64,000 nucleotides of DNA from NCBI GenBank assembly GCA_963664405.1, contig OY761158.1, positions 6,016,001 to 6,080,000 of the forward strand, written 5' to 3'. Positions 61,241-64,000 of the stretch are shown one piece after another (positions within the stretch are counted from its first letter, which is position 1; every line of letters starts with the position of its first letter). A program made the translations under genes and the position numbers. Source of the DNA: Thermoanaerobaculia bacterium. GTDB lineage: Bacteria; Acidobacteriota; Thermoanaerobaculia; Multivoradales; Multivoraceae. The notes beneath the pieces were generated by a model, which was not told where the DNA came from, searched no databases, and worked only from the letters and a program-made list of their open reading frames with translations.

Positions 61241-62835
61241 CAACCGCACCACACGAAGAGAGCCAAGAGATAGTGGACCCAATCAAGGGGCCAGAGGCGA
61301 CCTCGAATTCCTTATGCACCCGTAGAGCGGTGTTGACGGCCGCCGCCGGCGGAGTACTGCTCAACACTCTGTCGGCGTGCCGGAGAAGCGCGTCCGGCGA
61401 GCGAGCCGACCGACCCCCGCCCACTAGAACCGCGGCCGCCGCCGGGGCGAGTGCCGGTGACCGCTCGCTCTTGTCCGCGCCCGTCACCACATTGCTCAGG
61501 GCACTGCGCGCAAGAGAGATCTCGTCGGAGGAGCTGGTTCGCCACTGCCTGGAGCGCATCACCGAGGTGAATCCGGTGCTCAACGCCGTCGTCACACTGG
61601 CCGCCGACCCGGCCCTGCGGGCCGCGCGCGACGCCGACCGTCTGAGCGCCAGTGGACAGTTCAGCGGTCCTCTCCATGGGCTACCGATGACGATCAAGGA
61701 CTCGCTCGACACCGCGGGAATTGTTTCGACCTGGGGCACGCTCGGCCGGGCCGGCTTCGTCCCCGAGGCGGACGCTACCGTGGTCGCGCGGCTGCGCGCA
61801 GCAGGTGCCATCGTCCTCGGCAAGACCAACACGCCTGAGCTCACGCTCTCTTACGACACCGACAATCTCATCTTCGGCCCGACCCTCAACCCCTACGACA
61901 TCACCCGCAGCCCCGGCGGGTCGAGCGGTGGCGCCGCCGCTATCGTCGCCGCCGGTGGCTCACCCTGCGACATCGGCAGCGACACCGGTGGATCCATTCG
62001 TTGGCCCGCCCATTGCTGCGGCATCGCCGGGCTGCGCCCGACCAGCGGCCGGGTCCCCAGGACCGGCCACGCGATCGGGTTCGGAACGGTGGTCGACCGG
62101 TGGACCACCCTGGGCCCGCTGGCGCGCTCCGTCGACGACCTCACGCTCCTCTTCTCGATCATCGCAGGACCCGACGATGTCGATCCGTCGATCGTGCCGG
62201 TGCCGATTGGAGATCCTCGCGCGGTGGACCTCACCGCTCTGCGAGTCGCCTTCCACACCGACAATGGAATCGCAACGCCCACGCCGGAGATCCAAGAGGC
62301 GGTGCGACGGGCAGCGAGCGTGCTTGGAGAGCGGGGCGCAGTGGTCGAAGAGAGCCGACCGACAGGAATCGAGAACACCCGACTCGCGCATGGCGCGATA
62401 CGCGCCGCCGACGGTGGGCACTGGATCCTGCAGCTTCTCGCCGAGGCCGGAACCAAGCGGCACGCGTTCGAGGCGCTGGAGCCGCGGCCCGTCGGCACCG
62501 CCATCGACCTCGAGGACGGGATCCGACGCTCGGACGAGCTACGGCTGCAGATGACCGCCTTCTTCGCCGACTACGACCTGATCCTATCGCCGGTGAATGC
62601 CGGACCCGCACCCGAACGGCCCTTCGACCTCCAGCAGGCGCTCCCCAGCTTCAGCTACACCCAGACCTACAGCCTCACCGGTTGGCCGGTTGTCGTCGTC
62701 CGCATCGGGACCTCGCCCGAGGGCCTGCCGATCGGCGTTCAAGTCGTCGCACGGCCGTGGCGCGAGCACGTCGCCCTCGCCGTGGCCAAGCAGCTCGAGG
62801 AAGATCTCGGAGGCTTCGTGCCGCCGGCAATCTGA
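61234..62835 (+). CDS. Amidase with Tat/lipoprotein signal (start uncertain)
   Basis: TRRAVL...LSAC signal; IKDS, GGSSGG and SDTGGSIR motifs. Confidence 0.85.
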   Translation: MLTTAPHEESQEIVDPIKGPEATSNSLCTRRAVLTAAAGGVLLNTLSACRRSASGERADRPPPTRTAAAAGASAGDRSLLSAPVTTLLRALRAREISSEELVRHCLERITEVNPVLNAVVTLAADPALRAARDADRLSASGQFSGPLHGLPMTIKDSLDTAGIVSTWGTLGRAGFVPEADATVVARLRAAGAIVLGKTNTPELTLSYDTDNLIFGPTLNPYDITRSPGGSSGGAAAIVAAGGSPCDIGSDTGGSIRWPAHCCGIAGLRPTSGRVPRTGHAIGFGTVVDRWTTLGPLARSVDDLTLLFSIIAGPDDVDPSIVPVPIGDPRAVDLTALRVAFHTDNGIATPTPEIQEAVRRAASVLGERGAVVEESRPTGIENTRLAHGAIRAADGGHWILQLLAEAGTKRHAFEALEPRPVGTAIDLEDGIRRSDELRLQMTAFFADYDLILSPVNAGPAPERPFDLQQALPSFSYTQTYSLTGWPVVVVRIGTSPEGLPIGVQVVARPWREHVALAVAKQLEEDLGGFVPPAI

Positions 62836-62897
62836 GCGCGTGAGAAGGCCCCCTAAACTCTCGATGACCAGACTCTGAGCATATAATCCAGCGCGAC

Positions 62898-64000
62898 ATG
62901 CTCGACCGCGATCTCGTTCTCCCCCATCTGCTCGCCAAGTTGGCGCGTGAACACCCCGACCGGATCTTCGTCCAACAGGTCGACGGACCCGAGCTGACGT
63001 ACGCGGAGCTGCACGAGCGGAACCTGCTGTGGGCCGATGCCTTCCGTCGCTTGGGCGTCGGGCCCCAGCACAGGGTTGCGACCATGCTGCCGACCACCGT
63101 CGAAGCCTACAACGCCTGGATGGGGCTGTCGTGGCTGCGAGCCATCGAGGTGCCGCTGAACTCAATGTACCGCGGGCGCATGCTCGCCTACGTTGTGGAC
63201 AACTGCGACGCTACGGTTCTCGTGATCGGCAAGGACTACATCGACCGGCTCGCGGACGTTGCCGCGGACCTGGGGAATCTCGAGACCGTCGTAGTTCCCG
63301 ACGGCGACGAAGTGAACTTGCAGCTCCCATTCGAGGTGATGACGCGAGCTGAGTTCCTGGACGCGGCGGCTCCGGCCGCTGATCTGGAGGGGCCGGCCCA
63401 CAGCGACGTGGCTTGCATCATCTACACCTCCGGGACCACAGGGCCATCGAAGGGCGTCCTCGTACCCTGGGCCGAGCTGTACTGGTTCGACCTGCTTCTC
63501 CCCGACACGCTGGACGCCGACGGCGCGTACTATACGTTCTTCGCGCCGTTCCATGTGTCCGGCAAGCTGAGCCTCTACATTCCTGCCAAGCGCCAAGTGC
63601 GCCTGGTGCTTCGTGACGGCTTCAGCCGCAGCGAATTCTGGAACGACGTGCGACGCTACGCCTGCACGGCCTGCGGTCTGGTGGGGCCGCTGGCGCGCCT
63701 TCTCCTGCTCAACCCCGAGCGGCCCGACGACTCGGATAACCCACTTCGCTCCGCGAGTTGTGGGCCCTTGTTCCCGGAGATCGACGTCTTTCGCGAGCGG
63801 TTCGGAGTCGAGGTCGGCACCGGCTACGGGATGACCGAGATCGGGGCGGTGACAGCAACGGAGGGCTTCTCGATCGAGGACTGGCGGAGCTGCGGGAAGG
63901 CCCGCACCGGTCGTCCCGGCTACGAGCTTCGCGTCGTCGACGAGCAGGACGAGCCCGTCGAGGAAGGCGTCATTGGGGAGCTGATCGTCCGCTGCGACGA
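62898..64000 (+). CDS. AMP-dependent CoA ligase (CaiC-like), runs off window
   Basis: Open frame from ATG 62898 with IIYTSGTTGPSKG and YGMTE; TATAAT at 62882. Confidence 0.88.
   Translation, partial: MLDRDLVLPHLLAKLAREHPDRIFVQQVDGPELTYAELHERNLLWADAFRRLGVGPQHRVATMLPTTVEAYNAWMGLSWLRAIEVPLNSMYRGRMLAYVVDNCDATVLVIGKDYIDRLADVAADLGNLETVVVPDGDEVNLQLPFEVMTRAEFLDAAAPAADLEGPAHSDVACIIYTSGTTGPSKGVLVPWAELYWFDLLLPDTLDADGAYYTFFAPFHVSGKLSLYIPAKRQVRLVLRDGFSRSEFWNDVRRYACTACGLVGPLARLLLLNPERPDDSDNPLRSASCGPLFPEIDVFRERFGVEVGTGYGMTEIGAVTATEGFSIEDWRSCGKARTGRPGYELRVVDEQDEPVEEGVIGELIVRCD

Overview
A GC-rich bacterial chromosomal segment, probably from a MAG; the gene content suggests an environmental Acidobacteriota/Thermoanaerobaculia-like host, which is inference only. 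Bases 3-12.4 kb are a decayed integrated plasmid or mobile island. It holds a pdxJ remnant, a frameshifted IS1380, parA plus a small RHH-like partner with three 8-bp-period CATG arrays, and a truncated RepA. It also holds a nested IS1111/IS21-like MITE/IS256 stack and an intact IS1111-type IS110 element. Bases 12.5-34 kb are housekeeping and stress genes (terC, LLM oxidoreductases, msrA, xth, amidase, dnaE2), interrupted by an ISAzo13 element and several CTAG-bounded palindromic repeats or MITEs. Bases 34-38 kb contain IS66 and a Y1/HUH (RAYT-like) transposase flanked by a 92-bp duplicated gene end. Bases 38-42 kb are a CsoR-operator-led operon whose first gene appears to be an unannotated selenoprotein: an HMA domain with UxxU fused to thioredoxin. 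Bases 42-64 kb carry a uvrA paralog, cyanobacterial-type gshA with frmA/fghA, and an acyl-CoA/amide catabolism cluster with two DUF3604 proteins. The three highlights are the UxxU selenoprotein metal operon, a bridge/seek RNA whose guides match a repeat family in this window, and MITE-like hairpins with different ends but a shared internal core.
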